Shown here one piece after another: positions 41,287 to 50,814 of a stretch of 64,000 nt of DNA (positions are counted from its first letter, which is position 1; every line of letters starts with the position of its first letter). Made by a program: the position numbers and the translations under genes. Origin of the DNA: Magnetococcus sp. MYC-9. GTDB lineage: Bacteria; Pseudomonadota; Magnetococcia; Magnetococcales; Magnetaquicoccaceae. The stretch lies in NCBI GenBank assembly GCA_039908525.1, contig JAMOAY010000006.1, positions 56,562-120,561 on the forward strand, in the 5' to 3' direction. The notes under the pieces are model-generated. The model did not search any database, had not been told where the DNA came from, and saw nothing but the letters and a program-made list of their open reading frames with translations.

Positions 41287-41349
41287 AGCGCATCACAATC
41301 AACCACTAACCCCTGCCAGGGTTCCCGGTCGGCAGCAGGCTTTTAATGT

Positions 41350-41379
41350 TTGACAAACACGTTTTTTTTCTTATAGAAT
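41350..41379 (+). promoter_or_regulatory. Sigma70 promoter upstream of dksA
   Basis: TTGACA-N18-TAGAAT followed by GCCGC. Confidence 0.65.
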
Positions 41380-41439
41380 GCCGCTTTTTCAGTGGTTACA
41401 TGAAGAAGATGGTCGGAAACATGTGATAGGGGGTCCATT

Positions 41440-41892
41440 ATGAGCAAAATTGCCGATATAACATTGCCGGAGCGCTACAGACCCTCGGAAGACGAGGAGT
41501 ACATGTCACCCAGGCAGCGTGCCTTTTTCAGTCGCCTGTTGCTGGAGTGGCGTGCGCAGTTGATGGAGGAGGCGGACAAAACGCTGGCCGCCATGACCGA
41601 GGAAAAGGCCATTTTTGCCGACCCGACCGATCGGGCCGCCCTGGAAACCGATCGCAACTTTGAGTTGCGCACCCGGGACCGGGAGAGGAAACTGATCGCC
41701 AAGATCGACCGCACCCTGGCCGTCATTGAGGCCGACGAGTACGGTTACTGTGAAGAGTGCGGGGTGGAAATCGGCCTCAAAAGATTGGAGGCCCGTCCGG
41801 TCACCGATCTGTGCATCGGGTGCAAGACCCGGGCGGAGCGACGGGAGAAAATCAACCTCTCCGAGGAGGAAGAGGTGATGGAGGAGCCGTGA
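41440..41892 (+). CDS. dksA: RNA polymerase-binding transcription factor DksA
   Basis: EEYMSPRQRAFF, ADPTDRA, RDRERKLIAKI, CEECG..RLEARP..LCIGCK. Confidence 0.97.
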   Translation: MSKIADITLPERYRPSEDEEYMSPRQRAFFSRLLLEWRAQLMEEADKTLAAMTEEKAIFADPTDRAALETDRNFELRTRDRERKLIAKIDRTLAVIEADEYGYCEECGVEIGLKRLEARPVTDLCIGCKTRAERREKINLSEEEEVMEEP

Positions 41893-41964
41893 CCCTCCTG
41901 CATGGCGGGCACCCACCCACAACATGCCTGCCACAACAGGCTTGACCGGCGGCGCACCTCCGCG

Positions 41965-42690
41965 TCAGCGTGGCTTCTCGTCGCACCCCTGGCACGGCAC
42001 GCCCTCCTGCCACTCTTTGCTGGCTTGTTGCAGTCGCTGCGGCCAACTCTCCCTGTCCCACAGACCGCTGATCATCGCCGCCGCCGCCGCCCCGGCGGCG
42101 GCGACCTGCCCGATCCGGGCCATTCCTATCCCGCCGATGGCAACCACCGGCAACCCTGCGGCACGGCAGACCCCAGCCAGCTGAGACAGCCCTTGTGTCG
42201 CCTGTACATCCGGTTTGGTGCGGGTGGCAAACACGGGGCCAAAACCGACATAGTCGACACCTTCCAAACGGGCCAAACGCACCTCTTCCAGGGAGTGGGT
42301 AGAGAGGCCGACCATCCGCTCAGGCCCCAACAGGTGTCTGCACTGGGCCACCGGCATATCTCCCTGCCCTACATGCACCCCATCGACCGCCAACGCCACG
42401 GCCAGATCGACATGATCGTTGATGACAATGGCAACCTGGGGACTGAAGGTGCGCAGAGCCTCCACCCATACAGCAGCAAACGGGGCCGCACGCTGGCTGC
42501 TCCCCTTGCAGCGCAGCTGCACACTGGCGATGGAGCACTCCCCCAGAAAACGGGCAATGCTGCCGATTGTGGATGGCCGACCCACCCGCAAGCGGCGGAT
42601 ATCCGCCAGCGTGACCAACCCGCTCCGATCCAGCCAGTCGGCATCCAGAATGGGCAGCACACCACGGATCGCCTCAGCGGCCCGGTTCAC
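41965..42690 (-). CDS. thiE: Thiamine-phosphate synthase
   Basis: VQLRCK, VINDHVDLA, GVHVGQGD, VGLSTHS, DYVGFGPVFATRTK, VAIGGI. Confidence 0.9.
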   Translation of the reverse strand: MNRAAEAIRGVLPILDADWLDRSGLVTLADIRRLRVGRPSTIGSIARFLGECSIASVQLRCKGSSQRAAPFAAVWVEALRTFSPQVAIVINDHVDLAVALAVDGVHVGQGDMPVAQCRHLLGPERMVGLSTHSLEEVRLARLEGVDYVGFGPVFATRTKPDVQATQGLSQLAGVCRAAGLPVVAIGGIGMARIGQVAAAGAAAAAMISGLWDRESWPQRLQQASKEWQEGVPCQGCDEKPR

Positions 42691-43061
42691 AGGGATGCGA
42701 AAAATTCTTTGTCGATGGTCTCCGAGTCGCCCATATTGAGGGAGACCAGACGCCGCAGATGGCTGAAGCTGTCCACGTCCATGCCCTGAAAACGGATGGC
42801 AGCCCCCCGTTTCAGATCGGAATGAACCACAACCCCTATCACCTGCATCTCAATCTCCCCCAAAAACAGGGTACCGGAGAGCTTCTCCCCCTGTTCGGGC
42901 AGAGGATCGCTCCAGAACAGTATCCCGCTCAAGCTGATGTCGTCGAAAGCACCGTCATAGGTGTCACCCGCCTCGTTGAGGAGGGTCAACTGGTGACGAA
43001 AACCGACCCTGGAAAATGTGCGGCGCTCCTGTGGGGATGCTGCCGTCGGTGTGGTTGCCAT
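42687..43061 (-). CDS. Stand-alone PilZ-domain (c-di-GMP-binding) protein
   Basis: ERRTFSR (RxxxR) and DISLSG (DxSxxG); ATG 43061 overlaps the upstream stop. Confidence 0.85.
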   Translation of the reverse strand: MATTPTAASPQERRTFSRVGFRHQLTLLNEAGDTYDGAFDDISLSGILFWSDPLPEQGEKLSGTLFLGEIEMQVIGVVVHSDLKRGAAIRFQGMDVDSFSHLRRLVSLNMGDSETIDKEFFASL

Positions 43062-44056
43062 TACGCATGCTCCTGAAGATCCAGAATGGTGGCAGCCTGG
43101 CCGGCCTGAAGGCGTGCACCCGACTGGGTGACCAGCACGGATGCGGCGTGACAGGCAAGCTGGCCGGCCATGGCCAAAGAGTAGCCGTGGGTGATCCCGA
43201 ACAGAAAGGCCCCGGCAAACAGATCCCCCGCGCCGTTGCTGTCCACGGCCTGCACAGACCGGCCCGGAATATCGATCCACCGTTCGCCAGTATAAATGGT
43301 CGCACCCTGTGCGCCAAGGGTCAGCCCGATGATCCTCGCGAGAGGGGTCAGAGCCTCCTTGGCCTGTTCCAGTGTCTGGCTGTTGGTGAAGGCCATGGCT
43401 TCACTCTCGTTGCAAAACAGCAGATCCAGCCCGTCGCCGATGATGGCCTCCAACCCTGGACGAAAGTAGGTGATCATGCTGGTATCCGAGAAGGTGAGGG
43501 CCGTCTTGACCCCCTGTTGGCGTGCCAGACGGGCAGCCTCCGCGCACGCAGCCTGCCCCGACGGGGCAGAGACCAGATAGCCTTCAACATAGAGATATTC
43601 CGCCTGCCCCAGCAGGGTTGGCGAGATCTGCTCGCTGGAGAACTGTTCCGAGATGCCCAGATGGGTACACAGGGTCCGCTCGGCGTCCGGGGTGATGAAT
43701 ACCAGGCAACGACCGGTCGTTCCCGAATAACGGGTCTCCTGCAGAGCGTTGTCCACCCCATGGAGCCGCATATCCTGGGCAAAGAAGGCACCCGCCTCGT
43801 CATCCGCCACCTTGCAGGCATGAAAACCCCGACCGCCGAACTGGGCCAGGCCGATCAGCGTGTTGGCCGAGGAGCCCCCACAAGAACGGTGGTGAGGCAG
43901 GCCGGCCACCTGCTGCAACAGCCTGTTCTGAAAGGAGTCATCCACCAGGGACATGCTGCCTTTCTGCAGGCCGGCCTGGGACAGAAACTCGTCGGTGACG
44001 TGCAGCTCCATATCCACCAGGGCGTGGCCCATACCGTAGACGTCATAAGGGTTCAT
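43061..44056 (-). CDS. PfkB-family carbohydrate/adenosine kinase
   Basis: GGSSANT, TPDAERTLCTHLG, FCNESEA, DSNGAGDLFAGAFL. Confidence 0.92.
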   Translation of the reverse strand: MNPYDVYGMGHALVDMELHVTDEFLSQAGLQKGSMSLVDDSFQNRLLQQVAGLPHHRSCGGSSANTLIGLAQFGGRGFHACKVADDEAGAFFAQDMRLHGVDNALQETRYSGTTGRCLVFITPDAERTLCTHLGISEQFSSEQISPTLLGQAEYLYVEGYLVSAPSGQAACAEAARLARQQGVKTALTFSDTSMITYFRPGLEAIIGDGLDLLFCNESEAMAFTNSQTLEQAKEALTPLARIIGLTLGAQGATIYTGERWIDIPGRSVQAVDSNGAGDLFAGAFLFGITHGYSLAMAGQLACHAASVLVTQSGARLQAGQAATILDLQEHA

Positions 44057-44109
44057 ACCTGTTTCCTGTACAAGAAGAGGGAAAATTCATCCATCCGGCA
44101 ATTCACATT

Positions 44110-44940
44110 TCATGCCACCGCCTGCCTGTCGGGTGACAGGGGGGTGTGTTTGAGATAGTTCAGCAAGGCGGCGTGCAACCGCCCATTACTGGCCAGTACG
44201 GAGAGCACGCGAGGATTTTTTTGGTTGAAAAGACACGGCTGACCATCCTTGTGAGTGACCCGGCCGCCCGCCTCCTGCAATAACAGGGTGCCGGCACAAA
44301 AATCCCATTCGTTTTTTGGAGTCAGAGTAAAAGTTAAATCGAATCTGCCGGCTGCCACCAGGGCCAGCTTGTAGGCAATCGAACCCATGGGGGTGATGAC
44401 CAGTTCCTGGTTGAAACGGTCCCACTCCCCGTGACGGGTTTCAGAGCGACTGGCCAGACAGGAAGCGCCCACCAACTTCTCCTGTCCGGAGACCTGAATC
44501 GATTGGCCATTGCAACGAGCCCCACCCCCCTGGATGGCCGAGAAAAGCTCCCGGCTGGCCGGGTTGTAGATGCAGGCCGCAACGGGCCTGCCCCGCTCCA
44601 CCAGACCGATGGAGATGGCAAACTGCGGCAGTCCACGGATGAACTCCTTGGTGCCATCCATGGGATCGACGATCCAAACCCGTGGGCGATCCAGGCGCGC
44701 GGCATCGTCCAGAGACTCTTCGGAAAGCCAGCCGTAGTCGGGTCGCCCACCCTGCAGCTGCTGCCGCAGCAGCCGATCCGCCTCCAGGTCGGCCTTGGTG
44801 ACCGGATTGTTGAGCCCTTTTTCCTTAAGGCGGACATGGGTCGCAACCGGCGCGCCGGGTTGAAAATAGCCCATGATGCACTCCCCGGCCAACCGGGCTG
44901 CCGTCTCCATGAGGGCAAGATCAGTGTGAAGATCGGACAT
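44110..44940 (-). CDS. cysQ: CysQ / inositol monophosphatase family phosphatase
   Basis: PVTKADL, LSEES, WIVDPMDGTKEF, EWDFCAG; start at ATG 44940. Confidence 0.82.
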   Translation of the reverse strand: MSDLHTDLALMETAARLAGECIMGYFQPGAPVATHVRLKEKGLNNPVTKADLEADRLLRQQLQGGRPDYGWLSEESLDDAARLDRPRVWIVDPMDGTKEFIRGLPQFAISIGLVERGRPVAACIYNPASRELFSAIQGGGARCNGQSIQVSGQEKLVGASCLASRSETRHGEWDRFNQELVITPMGSIAYKLALVAAGRFDLTFTLTPKNEWDFCAGTLLLQEAGGRVTHKDGQPCLFNQKNPRVLSVLASNGRLHAALLNYLKHTPLSPDRQAVA

Positions 44941-45061
44941 AATAGCTGGTACCGCCATGCCTTGTCTGGGAGCGAGTGCCGATGGCATAATGGTACAACG
45001 AAAGGGTTGGCCGGGTCCAGCCCTGTTGTTTGACCCGCCCTGCCAGGCTGCTTCTGCCGAG

Positions 45062-46600
45062 ATGACCGATATCCTCCTCGCCACCCTTAACGCCCGTTAT
45101 CAGCACACGGCGTTCGGTCTGCGCTGTCTGCTGGCCAATCTGGCGGAGCTGCGACCACACACCCTGTTGTTGGAGTTCGAATGCAGTGACCCCCCGGAAG
45201 AGGTGGCGGAGCGTCTGCTTGCCCACGCACCGCGCATCGTCGCGTTGGGCATCTACGTGTGGAATGTGGCGGGGTCTACCCGATTGGTGCACCTGTTGAA
45301 ACGGATCCGACCGGAGTTGATGGTGGTCCTGGGTGGACCGGAGGTCTCTTTCGAAACCGACGGACAGGCCATCGTTCAGCTGGCGGATTATGTCATCTGC
45401 GGGGAGGGAGAACAGCTGTTTCCTACCCTCTGTCGCGCCCTGCTGGCGGGAGAGCGGCCGGTTGACAGGATCCAGAGGGCCCCTCCCCTCGAACTGACCA
45501 CCATCGCCATGCCCTATGACACCTATCTCGACCAGGATCTGAAGCATCGCCTGCTCTATGTGGAGCGCTCCCGCGGCTGTTCGTACCGGTGCAGCTTCTG
45601 CCTCTCCTCCCTGGACAGTGCCGTGCGTCTGTTCCCCCTGGAACCCTTCCTGCGGGCGATGCAGGGTTTGTTGGACAGGGGGGCGAGGCAGTTCAAATTT
45701 GTCGATCGCACCTTCAACCTGAACAGCCGTGAGTGCATCGCGGTTCTGGATTTTTTTTTGCAGCGGATCTCTCTGGGGCTGTTCTTGCACTTCGAGATGG
45801 TGCCCGACCGTCTGCCGGATGGATTGAAAGCGATGATACAACGGTTTCCACCCGGCGCGTTGCAGTTTGAGATAGGCATCCAATCCCTGGATCCTCTGGT
45901 CCAGGCCCGGGTCCAGCGGCGGCAGGATCGGGACAAAAGCCTCGCCAATCTGCTCTGGCTCCGACAAAACAGTGGCGTCCATCTGCATACCGATCTGATC
46001 CTGGGCCTGCCCGGCGAGAACCTGGATGGTTTCGCCGCCGGATTTGACCAGTTGGCCCGTCTTGACCCCCATGAAATTCAACTCGGCATCCTGAAACGGC
46101 TGAGGGGTGCACCGATCCAGCAACATGACCAGGCGTTCGGCATGATCTACAACCCGGACCCACCCTACGACCTGCTGTGCAACAATCTCCTGGACTTCGC
46201 CACTCTGTGCCGTCTCAAGCGTCTGGCCCGCTACTGGGATCTGTTCGGCAACTCGGGACGTTTTCCTGACAGCCGCCGTCTGCTCTTTCAGCAATCCTCG
46301 CCGTTTTTTGCCTTGCTGACTCTGAGCGACTGGCTCTTTGCCGCCATCGGCCGCACCCATGAAATTGCCCTGCGACACCAGTTTGACTGGCTGTATCGCG
46401 GCATGACCGAGGGGCTGGGGCTGGATCCATCGCTGGTCGTGGCGGCGATGGAAGCAGATTTCCGGCGAGGCGCGCTCCGGGAACCCCCGGACTGTCTGCG
46501 CGGCAAAACGGTCTGCCATGGTCTGCCCCAACCGCCACGCACACAGCACAACCTGCCGGCGCGTCAAAGACGGCACGGCCAACGGACGGAGGGCAGCTGA
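45062..46600 (+). CDS. Cobalamin-binding-domain radical SAM protein (C-terminal DUF4080-like)
   Basis: LNARYQH, GGPEVS, GEGE, SRGCSYRCSFC (CxxxCxxC), DRTFN, EIGIQS. Confidence 0.88.
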   Translation: MTDILLATLNARYQHTAFGLRCLLANLAELRPHTLLLEFECSDPPEEVAERLLAHAPRIVALGIYVWNVAGSTRLVHLLKRIRPELMVVLGGPEVSFETDGQAIVQLADYVICGEGEQLFPTLCRALLAGERPVDRIQRAPPLELTTIAMPYDTYLDQDLKHRLLYVERSRGCSYRCSFCLSSLDSAVRLFPLEPFLRAMQGLLDRGARQFKFVDRTFNLNSRECIAVLDFFLQRISLGLFLHFEMVPDRLPDGLKAMIQRFPPGALQFEIGIQSLDPLVQARVQRRQDRDKSLANLLWLRQNSGVHLHTDLILGLPGENLDGFAAGFDQLARLDPHEIQLGILKRLRGAPIQQHDQAFGMIYNPDPPYDLLCNNLLDFATLCRLKRLARYWDLFGNSGRFPDSRRLLFQQSSPFFALLTLSDWLFAAIGRTHEIALRHQFDWLYRGMTEGLGLDPSLVVAAMEADFRRGALREPPDCLRGKTVCHGLPQPPRTQHNLPARQRRHGQRTEGS

Positions 46601-46620
46601 GCCCCTGCCCAGAGCACAGG

Positions 46621-47439
46621 CTATTTCCGCTTGCGCGGCTTGCGCGTTTGAACGACCGTGTCGGCAACCGCACGACTCTCCTCCACCGGCGGCACAGGAA
46701 GCGTTTTCGGGGTTTCGGTCTCTCCCCTCCTGGCCAGGCGCTCCGCCAGGCGGCCCAGGTTGGACAACGAAAGCAGGTGGGCGTAAACCCACCCCAGCTC
46801 CCCGCTGCGAAACAGTGTCAACGTTCTCTCCTGGTCGAGCCCCAGCAGTTTTTTCTCGTCCACCACCTGCAAACCGGCCATGGCAATCTTGCCCATGTTG
46901 GCCACCTCGACCTGGGCCGTCCATTCGCTCAACAGCTCCATCTCCTGCAGGCGGTTGACGAACAGCTCCGTGCGCTGATGCTGCCCCTGAAACTCCTTGA
47001 GAAAATCAATCGCCTTTCCCAGCAACGGAGATTGCTCACCCACCTCATCAAACAGGGGGGTACCGGTGGCGGTATTGAAACCGGCAAACCCTTCATCGAT
47101 GCAAACGGTCAAACGGCCACTCCCCTCATCGGCCAACACAAACGGATAGCGGCGCACGAAAGCCGGCACATAGCGGGCATCCCATTGACCGGTTGTATCG
47201 ACAAACAGATTTTCATCGTTGCGCAACCCCAACAACGCCAATGGGGTGATACGCTCCCCCGTCCTGGCAAAAACCACAGGATACTCCTTGGCAAGGTGGA
47301 TGAACTCTGCACCGGTAACAATCACCGAGTTGGTATGCCGGGCGAAAGAGAGGGTGAAACAGGCAGGATCCATCCTCCATGCCCGATGCTGTTCCCTGTT
47401 GAGTGCCACCGGTTTTTCATAAAACAGCAGCTGCTTCAT
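46621..47439 (-). CDS. SapC family protein
   Basis: PVALNREQH, EYPVVF, ALLGL, YVPAFVRRYPF, IDEKKL-type motif, HLLSL; start at ATG 47439. Confidence 0.85.
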   Translation of the reverse strand: MKQLLFYEKPVALNREQHRAWRMDPACFTLSFARHTNSVIVTGAEFIHLAKEYPVVFARTGERITPLALLGLRNDENLFVDTTGQWDARYVPAFVRRYPFVLADEGSGRLTVCIDEGFAGFNTATGTPLFDEVGEQSPLLGKAIDFLKEFQGQHQRTELFVNRLQEMELLSEWTAQVEVANMGKIAMAGLQVVDEKKLLGLDQERTLTLFRSGELGWVYAHLLSLSNLGRLAERLARRGETETPKTLPVPPVEESRAVADTVVQTRKPRKRK

Positions 47440-47518
47440 GTGCGTCACCTCGTCAAACGTTGGCTGTATGCCGTTGTTGTCATCCCACAGACCGCCTGCG
47501 CCACGCATTCACGACCAC

Positions 47519-48781
47519 TCATTCATAGCGCAAGGCGTCCACGGGGTCCACCCGTGCAGCCCGCCAGGCAGGGTAGAGTGTGGCAAACAGGCTGATGGCC
47601 AAACTGACACCGGTGACCCAGGCCACATCCGAGAAGACCACCTTGGACGGCAAATAGTCGATAAAGTAGATCTCTCCCGACAGGATCTGAATGCCGAACC
47701 ATGTTTCGATCATCCCCAGCACCGGCTCCAGATTGTAGGCCAGCGCCAAACCCAGCGCCAACCCGGCCAGGGTGCCGGTCAGGCCGACAATGCCCCCGTT
47801 GATGATGAAGATGGTCATGACCCCCCGCGCCGTGGCCCCCATGGTCTTCAGGATGGCGATCTCCTGAGCCTTCTCCATCACCGACATGATCAGACTGGAA
47901 ACGATGTTGAAGGCAGCCACCACCACCACCAGAAAGAGAATCACAAACATGGTGGCCTTCTCCAGACGCAAGGCACGGAAAAAGTTGTGATTCATCTCCA
48001 TCCAGTTCTGGATCCAGAAACCGCCATCGGCCTGGGCCAGATGGGCCAGGCGCTGCTCCAACAGCTTGTGAATGGACAAGGCCGATTCCGGATCGGGGGT
48101 CTTGACCTCAATGCCGGTAACCGTCTGGTGCATGCGCAGCAGCGCCTGGGCATCCGGCAGATGGATGTAGGCCAGGGAGCTGTCGTACTCGTACATGCCG
48201 GAACTGAAGGTGCCCACCACCGTAAACCGCTTCATGCGGGGCACGGTACCCATGGCGGTGACGTTGGCGGTGGCCACCATCAGGGTGACCGGATCCCCCA
48301 GGACGACGCCCAGATTGGCGGCGAGATTCTTGCCCAGGATGACGCCAAACCCTGACAACTGCTCCAGCTTGCCGCTCTGCAAATTTTTCTCCAGATCGGA
48401 AACGCCCCGTTCCCGTTGGATGTCCACCCCCCGCAACGTGATACCGATCGCCCTTCCCCTGGCCTGCGCCATGGCGTGACCGGCCACAAACGGGGCCGCG
48501 CCGGAGACACCCGGCGTCGAAGCGGCAATCTCCAGGACGGTGGAAAACTGACCGACTTCACCGACATAGGAACGGATGGTGACATGGCTGGTGACCCCCA
48601 GAATCTGATTCTGCAAGGTTTCCCGAAAGCCGGTCATCACGGCCAGCACCACGATGAGGGCCGCCACCCCCAAGGCGATGCCCCCCATGGAAAGAAAGGT
48701 GATAACGCTGATAAAATGCTGGGTTCGTTTGGCTCGCAGGTAGCGCAGACCGATCAGCCACTCATAACGGTTGGCAAGCAT
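47519..48781 (-). CDS. lolE: Lipoprotein-releasing ABC transporter permease LolC/E
   Basis: IGLRYLRAKR, GVAALIVVLAVMTGF, VAAFNIVSSL, EIAILKTMGA, YPAWRAARVDP. Confidence 0.93.
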   Translation of the reverse strand: MLANRYEWLIGLRYLRAKRTQHFISVITFLSMGGIALGVAALIVVLAVMTGFRETLQNQILGVTSHVTIRSYVGEVGQFSTVLEIAASTPGVSGAAPFVAGHAMAQARGRAIGITLRGVDIQRERGVSDLEKNLQSGKLEQLSGFGVILGKNLAANLGVVLGDPVTLMVATANVTAMGTVPRMKRFTVVGTFSSGMYEYDSSLAYIHLPDAQALLRMHQTVTGIEVKTPDPESALSIHKLLEQRLAHLAQADGGFWIQNWMEMNHNFFRALRLEKATMFVILFLVVVVAAFNIVSSLIMSVMEKAQEIAILKTMGATARGVMTIFIINGGIVGLTGTLAGLALGLALAYNLEPVLGMIETWFGIQILSGEIYFIDYLPSKVVFSDVAWVTGVSLAISLFATLYPAWRAARVDPVDALRYE

Positions 48782-49047
48782 GAACTGGCAGATGCCCCCT
48801 CACTCTCTTTGGGATGGAATAGACACACGTCGTAGCAAGCAGGCGTGGAACTTGGCAGGCTGCGACGAGCAACAGCAGATGGACAAGCATCAAAGACGGC
48901 TCATTCTGACTATCTACTTTCGAAAAATCAAGTAATTATGGTTAAAATACAGACAAAATTTCTTTTTTGAGTGGATTTTTTTGACAATTTCCCGTAGGGT
49001 GGAAAACTTGCGCGTAGTCGGCAAGCCAAATCAATTGCCAGGGGGGC

Positions 49048-49986
49048 ATGACGATGTTAACAGAAGGCGACATAAGAATAATAAGGGTTTTTGAAGTTGT
49101 GACAAAACTGCTCCATGCGGGCGCATCTGTGCATGGTGTCGAGGCAGGCTTCAAAAGCGTTGGGCACCTGACGAATGGACAACACTGTCTTTCCTGTGTT
49201 GAATTTATCAGGGCGCGGTTGATTAACGGGTACACCACCGAACAAATTCTGGAACATGTCGTTTACCAGCTCAAGATAAGTCGTCAGGTTGCAAATTTCA
49301 TTGTCGGCCTCGTGGAGCGTCTGCTGTTGCCGGTTGATTCACCATTATTCGACTTTATACGAAATCACGAACACAGGTACATATATAAGCCGTTTCACTT
49401 CCTGGAGATATATGAGCGCCATTTAGCAGGATTTCGCAACAAGGAAGTTTCACTGATGGAGTTCGGGGTGTTCCACGGGGGCTCGTTGCAAATGTGGAAG
49501 CACTACCTTGGGGAGCACGCAAAGATCTATGGTGTCGATATCGATCCAAGGTGCACGGTTGCCAGTGAAGAGCGTATCCGGGTAATTACGGCGGATCAGG
49601 GTGATGTCAGGGCACTGCGCGTCATCAAAAGATTCCTGCCCACATTTGATATCATTGTGGATGATGGTGGTCACTACATGCACCAGCAAATCAATACATT
49701 CGAGGAGATGTTTCCACATCTGAACGATGGCGGAATCTACCTTATAGAAGATATAGGAACAAGTTATTGGAAGAGTTGTGGTGGTGGTTACCGCAACCCA
49801 GGCTCCTTTATCGAATATTCGAAGCATCTGGTTGACCAAATCCACGCCAGACATTCCGATGAATTGTCTGCCGACAAATACACGGATTCCATATTCGCCA
49901 TGCACTATTACGACGGCGTCCTGGTCATCGAGAAAAGGTCTGTAGCACCTCCCATCGAAATGAAGTTTGGTTCCTTGTCTTTTTAA
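49048..49986 (+). CDS. Class I SAM-dependent (sugar O-) methyltransferase with an N-terminal domain of unknown function
   Basis: EFGVFHGGSLQMW, GVDIDP, DIIVDDGGH, GGIYLIEDIGTSYW; AT-rich relative to its neighbours. Confidence 0.82.
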   Translation: MTMLTEGDIRIIRVFEVVTKLLHAGASVHGVEAGFKSVGHLTNGQHCLSCVEFIRARLINGYTTEQILEHVVYQLKISRQVANFIVGLVERLLLPVDSPLFDFIRNHEHRYIYKPFHFLEIYERHLAGFRNKEVSLMEFGVFHGGSLQMWKHYLGEHAKIYGVDIDPRCTVASEERIRVITADQGDVRALRVIKRFLPTFDIIVDDGGHYMHQQINTFEEMFPHLNDGGIYLIEDIGTSYWKSCGGGYRNPGSFIEYSKHLVDQIHARHSDELSADKYTDSIFAMHYYDGVLVIEKRSVAPPIEMKFGSLSF

Positions 49987-50007
49987 CCCCAAGAGAAGGC
50001 TTGAAAC

Positions 50008-50808
50008 GTGATCCAAAACAGCATAACACACCGCAACCGTCACCCGGGCGGCTTCACCCTGATCGAAATCGCCATCGTGATCATCATCATCGGTCTGATC
50101 CTGGGCGGGGTGTTGAAAGGACAGGAGCTGATCCGCAGTGCCCGCACCCACAGCGTGGCGGACCAGGGCAGCGCCGTCAAGGCGGCCATCCTGGGCTTTG
50201 TGGACCGTTATCGGGCACTGCCAGGGGACTACGACAAGGCATCCGCCACCATCGCCGGGGTGGAGAGTGGACAGGACGGGGATGGCAACGGTCGGGTCGG
50301 CTACAACGACAGCGCCACTCCCGGCAAGCCGGATGAGGCCAACCGCCTGTTGGAGAGCGGCCTGGTATGGCTCCATCTGGTCAAGTCCGGCTTTCTCTCC
50401 GGGGGGTCTGATGGCAGACCTCTGCGTCCGGGGGATCTGGGCAGTTGGAGTTGCCCGACAGAAACCTGCATCCTGAACGCCTTCAATGGACCCATGATGT
50501 TCATCTATGCCAACGAACAGACGGGAGTCAACTGGGCCTCGGATTCGGCCTACAGCAATCAGCTGTGGGTGGGTAAAAATATTCCTGCCGAATTGATCGC
50601 CGAACTGGATCGCAAAATGGATGACGGCAGCCCCTCCACCGGCCATTTTCGCGCCGGGGATGGTTTTGTCGAGGGGGCCGCTGCCCTGGTCGGCAACATG
50701 TGTGCGACCGGAGGCAAGCTGCCCAAAAAGGAGCAACCGGAAGGGGTGCCCTTCAAATGGGACAGCAAAACCCAGGCCATCGACTGCGGGGCGGTGCTGC
50801 TGTTCTGA
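50008..50808 (+). CDS. Type IV pilin / T2SS pseudopilin-like protein
   Basis: Prepilin motif G|FTLIEIAIVIIIIGLILGGVLKG; DRYRALPGD; ELDRKMDDG; C-terminal cysteines. Confidence 0.88.
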   Translation: MIQNSITHRNRHPGGFTLIEIAIVIIIIGLILGGVLKGQELIRSARTHSVADQGSAVKAAILGFVDRYRALPGDYDKASATIAGVESGQDGDGNGRVGYNDSATPGKPDEANRLLESGLVWLHLVKSGFLSGGSDGRPLRPGDLGSWSCPTETCILNAFNGPMMFIYANEQTGVNWASDSAYSNQLWVGKNIPAELIAELDRKMDDGSPSTGHFRAGDGFVEGAAALVGNMCATGGKLPKKEQPEGVPFKWDSKTQAIDCGAVLLF

Positions 50809-50814
50809 GGCATG

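Noticed and set aside
41852-42061. 69-aa Cys-containing ORF between dksA and thiE
   Set aside because: Overlaps both neighbours and has no recognisable motif.
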